Source: Chromera velia
Lineage: Eukaryota
Reading direction: 5' to 3'
Assembly (NCBI GenBank): GCA_018398765.1
Contig: JAHBMJ010000305.1
Location: 1-50,523, forward strand
DNA: 50,523 bases
Part shown: in pieces, positions 1 to 12,604 of the stretch
Layout of the letters: each line of letters opens with the position of its first letter
Position numbering within the stretch: the first letter of the stretch is position 1
Made by a program: the position numbers and the translations under genes
The notes under the pieces: generated by a model
What the model was told of the DNA's origin: nothing
What the model saw: only the letters and a program-made list of their open reading frames with translations
The model's database searches: none

Positions 1-745
1 GTGCTGACAGGAAGGAGACTCCTCAGCAGTTCTACTGCACAAGCAGTGAGTGTATCCTCCAGTCGACGTTTCTTTTTCTTTTCTGCTCTTCCCATCCACA
101 CAACAGCGAGGCAGAGATTTTCCTTGGCGAGACGGGCCGTTGTGCTGACAGGAAGGAGACTCCTCAGCAGTTCTACTGCACAAGCAGTGAGTGTATCCTC
201 CAGTCGACGTTTCTTTTTCTTTTCTGCTCTTCCCATCCACACAACAGCGAGGCAGAGATTTTCCTTGGCGAGACGGGCCGTTGTGCTGACAGGAAGGAGA
301 CTCCTCAGCAGTTCCACTGCACAAGCAGTGAGTGTATCCTCCCCCCAGTTGAGGCCTCTTTTTTTTCTGCTCTTCCCATCCACACAACAGTGAGGCAGAG
401 ATTTTCCTTGGTGAGATTGGCCGTTGTGCTGACAGGAAGGAGACTCCTCAGCAGTTCTACTGCACAAGCAATGAGTGTATCCTCCCCCCAGTCGACGTCT
501 CTTTTTTTTTTGCTCTCCCCATCCACACAACAGCATGCTAGACATTTTTCCTTGGCGAGACGGGCCGTCGTGCTGACAGAAAGGAGACTCCTCAGCAGTT
601 CCACTGCACGAGCAGTGAGGGCATCCTCCCTCCAATCGAGGCCTCTCTTTCGTTCCTCTGTCCCCATCCACACAACAGCGTGTCAGACATTTTTCTTGGC
701 GACACAGACCCTTGTTCTTACAGAAAGGAGACTCTTCTGCAGTTT
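1..745. repeat. Tandem minisatellite, 141-144 bp unit, about 5 copies (runs off window start)
   Basis: Unit start GTGCTGACAG recurs at 1, 142, 283, 426, 570 and degenerately at 714; first two units near-identical. Confidence 0.95.
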
Positions 746-1090
746 CATCTTCTTTCCTTCTTTCTTTCCTTCCTTCCTTCCTTACTTCCTTCGTTCCTTC
801 CTTCCTTCTTTTCTCTAGTTTCTTCCTTCCTTCCTTCCTTCCTTCCTTCCTACCTTCCTTCCTTCCTTCCTTCCTTCCTTAATCCCTTTCTTCCTTTCTT
901 TGATTTTTTCCTTCCTTCCACTGCTTCTTTCCTTACTTCCTTCCTTCCCCTGGTTCCTTCCTTCCTTCCTTCTTTCCTTCCTTCCTTTCGTCCTTTCTTC
1001 CTTCCTTCCTTCCTTTCTTCCTTTCTTCCTTTCTTCTTTTCTTCCTTTCTTCTTTTCTTCCTTCCTTCCTTCCTCCCTTCCTCCTTTCAT
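746..1090. repeat. (TTCC)n-type pyrimidine low-complexity tract
   Basis: Degenerate TTCC/TTTC repeats; explains the spurious PSFL/EGRK ORFs. Confidence 0.95.
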
Positions 1091-1394
1091 TCCATCTTTC
1101 GATTCTCTCTCCTTTTCCTGTCCCGTTTTCCGGTTTTCCCATTTTTCTTCTCTCTATGCCTTTCGCCGCTATGTATGGCTGATTATCGTGCACTGGCAGC
1201 ACTGAAGCAGGCACTTAACTTGAATTTAACTTTGTTTGGTGCCTCTCCCAGCCTGCCTGACTGGCTTCAAATTAGTAGAGAGAGGATGAGGGAAAGGCAA
1301 AGGAAAAGAAGGGGACAGATCATTACAAGATTGATTGAATTTGAAGAATTTCAAGGTCAAAGACAATGGGAAAATCGATGTAAAAATGTAAAAT

Positions 1395-1690
1395 AGATGT
1401 AAAATTTACAGTAAAAATAGTGAAAATAATCAACTATTTTGACTATTTCTGGTGATACTGCGTAGTAACTGAGTGAAAGTATAAAATAAATATAAAAATA
1501 GTGAAAATAGTAAAATAGTGCTATTTTATAGCAAGATTTTCTGTGCTGACTCATCTGTAAAAATAGTCAAAATAGTGGATTATTTCTTTTGTAGCAAATA
1601 GTAAATAGTCCACTATTTTACTATTTACTATCGAAACGTAGGAATAGTCAAAATAGTGACTATTTTTTTATTTTACCGGTTCATAGATAT
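1395..1690. mobile_element. Probable right end or fragment of a CATCTATGAG-TIR DNA element
   Basis: Many AAAATAGT/ACTATTTT motifs as in the 33318-33587 MITE; ends CCGGTTCATAGAT, resembling CCGACTCATAGATG. No left TIR found. Confidence 0.45.
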
Positions 1691-2107
1691 ATAATATCAT
1701 TCATTTCTAATACTATCCTATATCCTAGTATAAGTATGTTTTTATTTTAGATACTATGCTTATAAACTATAAACCTACTATTTTTTATCTAGTAATAAAC
1801 ATATCAAACCTTTTTTATTTTTGAGTGAAAAAATGTTTACGATCACAAAAAAGGATAAATTAAGGAGGACAAAAGCATGTCGGCCTAGTATTGAATCACA
1901 TTAGTAATTCTAGACCAAATTAATTAGTTGCTTTCTAGTTTGATTTTTCTAATAGAAAATTAATTTATTTTTTATTTCGATCTAGTTTGATCTCTAGTTT
2001 TTGATGCATTTATCAATTTAATTTTTTTTTTATTAAATTTTTGAGTGGAACCAATCAATGAATCAATCAATCAGATGTAATTATTTATAATTTTTAAAAT
2101 CATTTTT

Positions 2108-2148
<41 letters not shown>
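2108..2148. repeat. (GATT)n microsatellite
   Basis: About 10 GATT units. Confidence 0.9.
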
Positions 2149-3159
2149 GCCAAACCTTAGGTGGAGTTAGAACTCCCGAGCGGCGCATACATGCATGGGT
2201 CTGTTCAATTATGCCAGCTGCAAGCTAAGTAGATGACAGTTATTTAAACTTAATCTAATCAATCATTTACTACAATATGATGAGAAATCATAAAGAAGAG
2301 AGAAGGTCATCTATGAGGAATGATAAACTGAAATATCCGTATATTCAAGATATTTGATTGTGAAATATCCAAATAACCAGATATTTGAAGATATTTGGGG
2401 ATATTTGTGATATTTCAAGATATTTTAGGATATTTGATGATATTTCACCAAATAATTATTTCAAATAATTTGATTATCATTATTATTATCTTTCATTATC
2501 TTATGTATGAGTCAGACTTAGGGACAGACTACGGGTTAGATCTAGGGTCAGACTGATATTACAATTCGCGACACCCCAATCAGCTTCATGGTACTTCATG
2601 GCTATTCATGGCATATAGGTTGCAGACCGTGCGCAGGCCGCGGGGGTACGCGGGGGCATGCAGGCATTAATTGGCATATATGCAATCCGCGCATCCCGTG
2701 CGCCGCCATGGCCGCTGGCCCATATGCAGCCCATGCATGCATTGCATGCTTTTCGGGAGACCAGTTGGCCTCCATGTATGGCCTCCAAAGTTTTTCGCAA
2801 TGCAAAACATCGCAAAACTGCCTCAGTATTAGTCAGTAACTCTGAGTTGGCTCTGAAGTGCTTGGAGATTCAAGTATTTCCGTTATAGATTGGAGAGCTC
2901 CATCGCTTTCCCATGCAGTATGCTGGCCTCAGTGCAGCTGTGATTTTTCCCTCCGTCGTCTCCACTGATTTTTGAGAGTGCATCCTTGTTGTTGCTTTTC
3001 CCAGGATTTTTCGTGTTGCCCTATTAACCTGCCTTTGAGGCAAAAATGAAGATCGCTTGGAGCATTAACGCTGTGCACCCTGGTGTGTCGTGTTTATAGA
3101 GTGCTCGTCTCCTTCGTTTCTTTTCTCTACATCCGCTATCTATACAATGGCAAGGGAAA

Positions 3160-3885
3160 CATTTTTCCTTGGCGAGACAGGCACTTGTGTTAACAGAAAA
3201 CAGACTCGTCATCAGTTCCATAGCATGAACAGTGAGTGTATCCTCCCCCAGCTCGACGTCTCTCTTTGTTTTCCTCTCTCCCTACCCACACAACAGTGAG
3301 GCAAACATTTTCTTTCGCGAGATAGACCCTTGTGCTGACAGAAAAGAGACTTTTCAGCAGTTTTGCGCCATAAGCAGTGAGTGTATCCTCCCCCAGCTCA
3401 ACGTTTCTCTTCGTTTTCCTCTCTCCCCATCCACAGAACAGCAAGGCACAAACATTTTCCTTCGTAAGACAGACTCTTGTGCTGACCTCATCATCGATTC
3501 CAAAGCACAAACAGTGAGTGTATCCTCCCCCAGCTCAACGTTTCTCTTTGTTTTCCTCTGTCCCTACCTACACAACAGCAAGGCAAACATTTTCCTTCGC
3601 GAGACAGACCCTTCTGCTGACAGAAAGGAGACTTTTCAGCAGTTTTGCGCCACAAGCAGTGAGTGTATCCTCCCCCAGCTCAACGTTTCTCTTTGTTTTC
3701 CTCTCTCCTCATTCACAGAACAGTGAGGCACAAACATTTTCCTTCGCGAGATAGACCCTTGTGCTGATAGAAAGGAGACTTCTCAACAGTCTTGCAGCAC
3801 GAGCAGTGAGTGTATCCTCCCCCAGCTCGACGTCTCTTTGTCTTTTCCTCTCTTCCTATCCACAGAACAATGAGGCGAGATAGAC
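3160..3885. repeat. Diverged second array of the 141-144 bp minisatellite, about 5 units
   Basis: Shares CAGTGAGTGTATCCTCCCCCAG and GCTGACAGAAAGGAGAC with the 1-745 array; one unit carries a deletion near 3485. Confidence 0.9.
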
Positions 3886-3889
3886 CTTC

Positions 3890-4563
3890 CATCTTTCGTT
3901 CGTTCGTTCCTTCCCTTTTCTTCCCTTCCCTTCCATTCCATTCCTTTGTTTCTTCCTGCCTTCCTTCCTTCCATTCCTTCTTCCTTCCCTTCCTTCCCTC
4001 CTTCCTTCGTTTCCTTCCCTCTCTTCCTTCCTTTCTTGCCTTCCTCTTCTTTTTTCCTTTCTTCCTTCCTTTCTTCCTTTCTTCTTTTGTTTCTTCCTTC
4101 TTTCTTTCCCTTCCTTCCATCCTGAGAGACTTCTTTCCTTCCATCCGTGTATTTGTTGGAGAGTATTCCCTGGTGGAGCCCTTTACGCAAAGGGACGGCA
4201 AGGTCCAAATTGCCGAAAAAAACTTTGTGGTTGGAGCCATTGATGGGGGCCAGGACGACTTCGGAATGGTTAGAGGGGGGCCTGATCTCACCGAGAAAAC
4301 CAAAAGAAGATGAAGTTTTTAACTACAGCTGTTTTAATCTCCGGAGTCCCACCAAAAAACTGGGTGTGGGTGGTTCCTAGGTCACGCTGCGACTCTCAGA
4401 TTGACAACTAAATCAGGTTTTGTGCAATACATCCTTCTCTTCCTCCCTCTCTTCCTTCTTTCTTCCTTCAAGTCCCTAAGACTTCCTCCCTCCCACCCTC
4501 CCTCCCTTCCTTCCTTCTTTCCTTTCTTTCTTTTTTCTTTCTTTCTTCCTTTCTTTCTTTCCT

Positions 4564-4599
<36 letters not shown>

Positions 4600-4995
4600 T
4601 TTTTTTCTTTTCCTTCCTTCCTTCTTTCTTTCCTTTCTTCCTTTCTTTCTTCCTTCCTTCCTTCCTTCCTCCTTCCTTCCTTCCCTCTTTCCTTTAAGTC
4701 CCTTCCTTCCCTCCATCATTCCTTCCTTCCTTCCTTCCTTCCTTCTTTCCTTCCGTCCTTCCTTCCTTCCGTCCTTCCGTCCTTCCTTCCTTTCTTCCTT
4801 CCTTCTTTTCTTCCTTCCTTCCTTCTTTCCTTCCTTCCTTCCTTCTCTCCCTCCTTGCTTCCTTCTTTCTTTCCCTCCTTCCCTCCTTGCTAGCCTCCTT
4901 TCTTCCTTCCTTCCTTCCTTCCTTCCTTCCTTCCCTCCTTCCCTCTCTCCCTCCTTGCTTCCTTCTTTCCTTCCTTTCTTCCTTCCTTCCTTCCA
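3890..4995. repeat. (TTCC)n/(TTTC)n low-complexity tracts, interrupted by unique sequence at about 4145-4430
   Basis: Visible directly. Confidence 0.9.
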
Positions 4996-7079
4996 AAAAA
5001 TGTTTGTCCATACATATCTCAAAATAATTGTAAATATTTTAAGATATTTGTGGACAAATTTAAAATATCTTTCTATATTCTAAGATATCACCAGATATTT
5101 GCGGATATTTGCTAGTATTCAATCAACTACATAATCTATTGTATTAGTTATATAATTAAAGATAAATATTTTTTAAAACAAATATCTAGAAATATCTTCA
5201 AATATCTTCCTGTCACATAATTTGATGCAGTCAGATATTTAAAGATATGAACTATTATGAAATATCTTAGATATTTGGGATATGTAAAGATATTTAATGG
5301 GGGATAGAAATATCTACAAATATTCTGAAATATCTCAGATATTTCAGTTTATCATTCCTCATAGATGGTTGAGAGCGCAAGAGCGATATGATGAACTTGT
5401 GAACCCCCAGATGAGAAAAGGAGGCGGATACAAAGGGTGAGTCGCAACGAGTGAAGCAGTTTAATTAAATTAATGCTAACCACTGCAAAAAGCGTTGTTT
5501 GGCAGTCTATCGGGGGCAGACAAAGAGCCGATGAACAAAATTATCTATACATCGGCAGCAGGCTTCATAGGTGCACAGCTTTCTATCAGAGCAACCAACA
5601 CGCAGCCTACCTTGCCCGCCCATCTGGTTATATGTCAGCATACGTAAAAAAGAAAAGATCGAACCATCCGTAACCGACAGGGCAGAACGGGAAAGGGCAG
5701 AGACGGAAAAAATACCGGAGGACGACTTAATTGCTGCACAGGAAAAAAACAAACATATGGCGGGAAGATGGGAAGTCACACTGCAGAGGGGTGAGTCTAG
5801 CAAGGAGGGGAAAGTGAGAGGAAGATTGCCCATCATCCTCAGAAGCCTTCATGCATTCCTTTGCAACTGTTTGTCTCACCTTACCTTTAAAGAAAAGTGA
5901 GCCGGTGCCTTGTGCCCTACAACCATTCTGCCCACGTTGGGAGGACAGATCGGGCTTGACCCTCAGCGAGCGGACAGAAATCAAATTAGCCCAACGAAGC
6001 AGCCTGTCTATCGACCTTGTAAATTATTGGTAGCAGTTATTCTTCTAGACATGCAACATGACTGGAAGAATACTGTATGTTGTGATGGAAAGAGAGTGTC
6101 ATCAATCCGCTATACGGGAGCAGAGAAGGGCTTTGCAGGGAAGAAGACCAAAGATGTAAAGAGAGGCCTGGAACAGAGTGGACTTCAAAGTAGGACTTAG
6201 TAGAATCCAAAGTGACTTTTAAATTTACTATATTCTAGCTTCATTATAAAGTAAAACTAGGTTACTTGAAGCAATCTAGAGTCTTTTAAAGCATTTAAAA
6301 TCGTTACTCCTGTGCAAATCTGCTTAAATGTGCTCAAAAGACTGATTGATTAGCTAAGGTGCATGGTGGGGAAAAATTATGATCACTGCAGTACGTAGAG
6401 GTTAATGAATATTACCTGCAAAGAAATACACAGGCACAACACTAATGGATACGCTCAAAAGCAACATTTAGCGCCGCCAATCAATTACAAAGAATTGTTT
6501 CTTCTGCAAGGGAAACAGTGCAGGAAGGAGAGCTTCACAGCTAGGCTGGTCAGACCGGACAGGAGACGGTCAGCAGGGGTCGAAGACAACAGAGCACAGA
6601 GACAACATAATGCTATTCACAAAAAACTCACACTACATAGCGCAAAAGCTTGCAAATCGTTCTGTATGTGTCAATAAGAAACTGTGAAAAAGAAGGACAG
6701 GTTCGTAGGTAGATCTAGATGTTTAGAGGGAGACTAGTACAGAGTGTCACAAATGAGAAAGGATGAACGAGTAAGGAGCACTTACGTCGGGATAGTATGG
6801 ACCGCTTTTAAGGACTGACACACACGGAGCAAGTGGAAGACATGCATTCAAATGCATGAAAGCTGAGCGATTGTTCTGGGTGGAAAAATGTCTGGCAGGA
6901 CTGAGAGCTGTGCAAAGCTTCAGAAGAGGTGGTCAAAAAATGGAGGCTCCAGCAGACTCTCCATCGACCCTCTCTCAGTGACCTCCCTTGTACGTTTCTA
7001 TTAAGCTTCTAGCAGAACAAAGAAGCTAGATGCTAAGCAAATCATCATGCAAAGCAAGAGAGCGAGCCGCGCTTCCTTC

Positions 7080-7580
7080 TAGGGGAAGTGGAAGTCGATC
7101 AATGCTCCAGAGACGTCATTTCACCACAACAAAGTAACAACAGAATCTCACCCTCCCAAAACCAGCAGATGCACCAGAAACCGATCTCACTGCTCCCAGA
7201 GGATGACAACAGACCTAAAGCCTTCAGCAAAATTAATGGGGATGACTTTTATGACTTCCTGGTGAAAAGAAAGAATGTTGCTCAGGAGGCCAGAAGGGGC
7301 AATTCCTGACTGTTCGCAGTATCAACTGCCAAACCCATCCAAGCAGACCAGCGGTATAACAAGACTTCACCCTGATACAGACACAAGCTGTCTGGTCTTA
7401 AAGGAGGGGAATGGTGCGACTTTTACCACCAATACTGCTCTGGACAACAAGAAGGAAAGCAAGGCAAGAGGGAACGAACTTGGCCCTCTGCAGACATCTG
7501 TGAGCTTTCTGAGGTTTTTTCAGACATTTTGGTGATTTTGAGGGTGACCCTGGAAAATTGTGGTCAAAATTTTGCCAGAT
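7080..7580 (+). mobile_element. Diverged homologue of the internal region of the CGCAACGCGG-TIR elements
   Basis: Colinear with 11590-12090, e.g. ACAAGACTTCACCC.GATACAGA..CAAGCTGTCT and GAGGATGACAACAGA; translations TRLHPDTDTSCLVLKE versus TRLHPDTEASCLVLRE. Element ends not defined. Confidence 0.55.
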
Positions 7581-7739
7581 TTGAAATTCTGGGGTCCTGA
7601 CGATCATTTTGGTAGGTAGCGGGCCTTTGGGGCCACCGGAGCCGCCAGATAAGGCCATACTGCACGTTTTTAGCTTCGTATAGGGTCCTACCATTTGATT
7701 AAGACCCCCCTTATATCCCGCTCGCCCACGTCCGTGCAT

Positions 7740-9410
7740 ACAGAATCCCTTCCCTGTTTCGGTCAGACCCTCTCTGTTTCCGTCAGACCCCCCACAGAAT
7801 CCTTTCCCTGTTTCGGTCAGACCCCCCCTGTTTCCATCAGACCCCCTACAGAATCCCTTCCCTGTTTTGGTCAGACCCCCCCTATTTCCATCAGACCCCC
7901 CACAGAATCCCTTCCCTGTTTCGGTCAGACCCCCCCTGTTAACTTTCCGTCAGACCTCCTACAGAATCCCTTCCCTGTTTCGACCCCTCCTGTTTATGTC
8001 AGACCCCCCACAGAATCCCTCCCCTGTTTCCATTTGACCCCCCACAGAATCTCTCTTGTTTCTGGCAGACCGCCTACGGAATCCCTCATCTGTTTTCATC
8101 AGACCTCCCCTGTTTCCGTCAGACCCCCCCTTTAGGGCCTGGCACTTATATTGGGTTACAGGTTTCAACACCCCCTATACATAAGGGTATACCCCCCTAT
8201 AATGTTACCCTTACTTCGAAAGTGGTCCCAATCGATCAATCTCATCAGGTTACGTCTAAAAATATTGAAAACATCTTCTGTTGATTGAGGTTACATAAGA
8301 AACTGACGAAAAACGATGTATCCCTTTCATTTTATAGCCAAACCCCTTGTAACCTTGTAACCTGTAACCTAAAATGACCCTCTTCAAAAGTGATGTAACC
8401 TTCGTCTACATACATTTTAAAGTGTTTTTGAAGTGATTTGAAGAGTTTTTGAAAGTTGACTTTTTGGTTGGTTACGGACCTCAAGACCGCCTGTAACCTT
8501 GTAACCTGTAACCTTGCAAGGGGACATATATAATAAGAGGTGTAACCTCATGTAACCACATAAACTATACAGTAAAAGTGATTGATTTCGAAGTAACTCA
8601 ACATGCCGGACCTCCAACTTGTGTGAAAAGCTCGTCTAAATGTTTTTTGATTCATTTTTTATGTTATTTTTATACTTGTAACCCTATATGAGCCCAAGAG
8701 TGCCCCCCCCTAGCCCCCCCTGTTTCCGTTAGACCCTCTACAGAATCTCTTACCTGTTTCCATCCTCATCTCAGATGTCTCCCCTGTTTCCGTCCACCTC
8801 TCAGGTGTCTCCCGTATTTCCGTCAGACCCCCTCTGTTTCCATCAGACCCCCCCTGTTTCCGTCAGACCCCCCCTGTTTCCGTCAGACCCCACGTGTTTC
8901 TGTCAGACCCCCCACAGAATCCCTCCCCTATTTCCATTAGACCCCCCACGCAATCCCTCCCCTGTTTCTATTAGACCCCCCACAGACTCCCTCCCCTGTT
9001 TCTATCAGACCCCCCATAGACTCCCTCCCCTGTTTCCGTCAGACCCTCTGTGTTTCTGTCAGATCTCCTACGGAATCCTTCCCCTGTTTCCGTCTACCTC
9101 TCAGATCTCTCCCCTGTTTCCATCTACCTCTCAGATGTCTCCCCTATTTCCATCCACCTCTCATGTTTCCGTTAGACCCCTCATAGAATCCCTCTCCTGT
9201 TTCCGTCCACCTCTCAAATGTCTCCTCTGTTTGCATCAGACCTCCTACAGAATCCTTCCCTTGTTTCCGTTCACCTTTCAGATGTCTGCTCTATTTCTGT
9301 TCACCTTTCAGATGTCTCGTCTGTTTCCGTCAGATGTCCTACAAAATCCCTTACCGATTTCCTTTAGACCTCCCACAGAATCCTTCTCTCATTTCTGTCA
9401 GACCTTCTGC
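7740..9410. repeat. Degenerate minisatellite (about 54-bp period; motifs CAGAATCCCT, CCCTGTTTCCGTCAGACCCC), split by a MITE
   Basis: CAGAATCC at 7741, 7795, 7849, 7903; the array resumes after 8713. Confidence 0.9.
8136..8710. mobile_element. MITE, GGGGGGGCACTT-TIR family, copy 1
   Basis: Ends GGCCTGGCACTT and GAGTGCCCCCCCC, both flanked by TAG; internal GTAACC motifs; colinear with 12605-13174. Confidence 0.7.
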
Positions 9411-11012
9411 CAAATCCTTTGCATACGGGTGAATATACGATTCTCCATTATAGATTATATATATATGTATGTATACTTTTTTTGCCCTGCTCTCTGCATG
9501 TGCAGCTGAGAAAAGGAGGTGGCGCTCCAAGGCGCTTGCTGTTTGACTCAAAGGCGCCCCCCCGCCCCCTTTGTGATCGATAGAAATCCAATGGATTCCT
9601 CTATCTGGGCATTACTCCAAAAAATCGGTCAGTTGTCCTTGTTTCTTCAAATAGTTTCTATTACAGCTGGAAAGAATACTGGCTCATGACTGTTATGCCT
9701 GCTGCTGCTGCTGCTACTCATTGCTGCAAGTTTGAGTAACCAGGTATGATAAGAGAGAGACATTGTGGTGATAGTTTTAGTCAAGATATAGGGGTTCATA
9801 AAAAAAATTCTGATGATCCGCACCCACTGTTAATCGTACACACAAACACCCACTGCTTAAGTATCGTACTGCTCCGTATCGTACAGACAAGTCCATATCC
9901 TTCTCTTACTCAGGTACTACAGATGACCAACGTGATGAGAAGAAATTTAAATCACACTTTCTGTCCCCGATGACGGGGTGTGGCAGGCACTTCAACAGCT
10001 CCTCCAGTCTGAAGGTCTGAATGCCCACAATATGCTTTGAGAGTTGACCGCTGTGGCTGCACCAACCAAAAATAATACTGTACTGACGCATTCCTCACAG
10101 TGCCCCAGCAGCTGCCAGTGATGAGGAGGTGCTTATAAAGACGACGAGGATGACAGCATCCGCACAGAAGAGGACAGTGATAAGGAGGATGAGTAGACAT
10201 ACTCAGCCATCGGATTCTAATGATGAGGAGAGCGCAACAAATAACGGTATCTCACACGGACTGATAGCGGTGTGTACGTAACGTTAGGGGGAAGGGGGTA
10301 TTTATACACAATTGCATATAGTTTCAGAAAGAACATTAAATTGATGTAATACTAAAATTGATTTGCTGTTGCCTAGGCTGTTGAAGTAAATAGAACTGCC
10401 TCGGACGTGCATTGCTACCAAACGCTAGACACCTATTAACAGGAAGATGGCGATGGCATATGATGATGAGCAGGCTGAATGATTTACAGAGGAACCATAT
10501 GTTGCACACAATCTATTATTGATTGAAAAAGAAGGTACCCTCTAGTTCTTCTCAATTATGTTCATCTACATTATTTTTTTTTTAGTGTATCTATGTTATC
10601 TCTTTATGATTGTAGCAATTGTTGACCGTAGTATATAAAAGGCATACAACATGTAGCTAGTGGACAAAAAGACATGACATAACCCCTGTTATGTTGGTTC
10701 ACCTCAGTACTGAAAGGCTATTAGTAGAATTATTAGAATAAACATTTTTTACACAGTACTCTGAGGAGTAGAGAATACAATTATGATCATAATATTATAA
10801 GATGATATCTTGGTAGAGAAGTGACATTGGGTGGTGTAAAAAAGTCAAATCAAAGATAGTACAACCAGCAGCTAGCTGATTAGCTTGCCCTAATAATAAA
10901 AAAGAAACAGAAAATGTCCCAGAAAAAGAATCATAGGAAATAAAGAGCTATCCTTTACTAGTAGTGGCCTAGGCAGTAGCGTAAAAGGCATTTCAAAAGA
11001 TGCCTATCAGAC

Positions 11013-12243
11013 CGCAACGCGGTGGCGGGTTATACAGATGTGCATGGACCAATTAGAACCCGCCGCCAGACCTTAACCGGCTCAAACATTTTGAGGGGAA
11101 AAGGAACAGCCCTCTGTTCCCTTTTCCCTCCTGGACTCAAACCAATGACCCTAGGAGACATCAGTTCGCCTCTCTGGACTCTCTCTAGCTGCTTGGTATA
11201 GAAAAAACGACTCCCAGACTCACAGGGAATCCAAAGAACGGACGTCTGAGGTCTGACACCTGAAGAGGCCAAAGTGGCCTTCCTGGACTCAGAAGTTCAG
11301 AAAAGGCTGTGGTATATCAATGATGATAAAATGCATACCAACACGCTCCATCTGGTCCAGGTAACTTAGTTCCAACAGGGGATAAGGAATGGTTGATGCA
11401 CTGTGGACTTTAACTGACAAGTCTGCTCATGAACAGAAAGATACACTCCATGCAGATAGCGCCCTATGTCAAATTGCCGGAAAGGCTTTTTCCTTCTTGA
11501 GCACTTTAAACCTACAGCCATTGCACAAAGGTACTGTCCAACACTCATGTGCTCCTGTCTGGAGGGAAAGAGCAGGACAGAACCACTTACCGGGGGAGCT
11601 GGAGGTCGATTAATACCCCTGAGACGCCAATTCTCCATAACAGGAACACAAAACAATCTCGCCTTCTCACAACCAGCAGACTCACCAAGAACCTATCCCA
11701 CTGGCCTGGGAGGATGACAACAGATACAGAGCATTGGGCAAAATTGCTGGGGATTGATTTTGCGGCCTCCTGGTAGAAAGAAGGAATGTTGCTTTGGAGG
11801 CCTGGGAGGTACTTTCTTGACTGGTCCAGACTGGAGCTGCCAGACACGCCAAAGCAAATCAACTGCGCCACAAGACTTCACCCCGATACAGAAGCAAGCT
11901 GTCTAGTACTAAGGGAGCGGAATTGTGCCAGTTTGACCATCGGTACTGCTCTACACAACAAGGTAGACAGGAAGGGACGAGAGGACGAAATGACCCTTCT
12001 TTGTGTGTTGGTGTGCTTTTTGAGCATTAATTCTGAGCACAATTTCGGGATTTTGAGAGTGGTCCCGGAAAGGTTTGGCCCAAATTCTTGCACCAACGCA
12101 CTCAGCGGCCTCTGGGGACCAATTTGGTACCTTTCTGGGCCCTGGACGCTGCCGGAATCGCACGGACCGGCTTAACCAGCTCAAAAATTTTAGACCCTTC
12201 TAATTGGCTCATGCACATCTGTATAACCACCTCCCGCGTTGCG
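11013..12243 (+). mobile_element. Non-autonomous TIR DNA element, CGCAACGCGG family, copy 1, 2-bp TSD AC
   Basis: About 45-bp imperfect TIRs (CGCAACGCGG...TTATACAGATGTGCATG..CCAATTAGAA); AC on both flanks; full-length inverted copy at 36559-37790. Confidence 0.9.
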
Positions 12244-12604
12244 ACAAACTACCAGGCTAGATTACGGGAGATGCGATACCGGCTAGATTACTATGTAATC
12301 AATTAATGATCTTAGCAACCAGTTCTTATACATATATAATTATACACTCAATATCTAAGTTTTTGACCCATAATTGAGCTACGGTAGTCTGCACTCAATC
12401 ATGAGTGCGTCTGAACATTAGTTCCCTCAATTTTGATCCCTTGGATGTTTTAAGCTGCTTTGACTACCTCAGTAGCCTCTCGATCTCCTTCGATTGTACC
12501 AAGGCATGCTCTACACACAGGAAGGGATGTTAGATTGTCCTTGATACCCCATGTCTACGTACATGAGAAGAAACAGTGGGTCGATCATACATACACAGAC
12601 CTAG

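Larger units (their letters stand above)
2308..5367. mobile_element. Non-autonomous TIR DNA transposon, 3.06 kb, apparent 2-bp TSD (CMC/EnSpm-like)
   Basis: 30-bp perfect TIR CATCTATGAGGAATGATAAACTGAAATATC at 2308 and its reverse complement ending 5367; GT on both flanks; subterminal GATATTT/AAATATC arrays at both ends; no transposase ORF. Confidence 0.8.

Noticed and set aside
680..5022. PSFL- and EGRK-rich ORFs
   Set aside because: Products of (TTCC)n tracts.
7695..9509. Pro-rich repeat ORFs (146 and 244 aa)
   Set aside because: Minisatellite translations; frame is not maintained between units.
9900..10520. Acidic, coding-like fragments
   Set aside because: Many stops, no recognisable domain and no consistent splice model.
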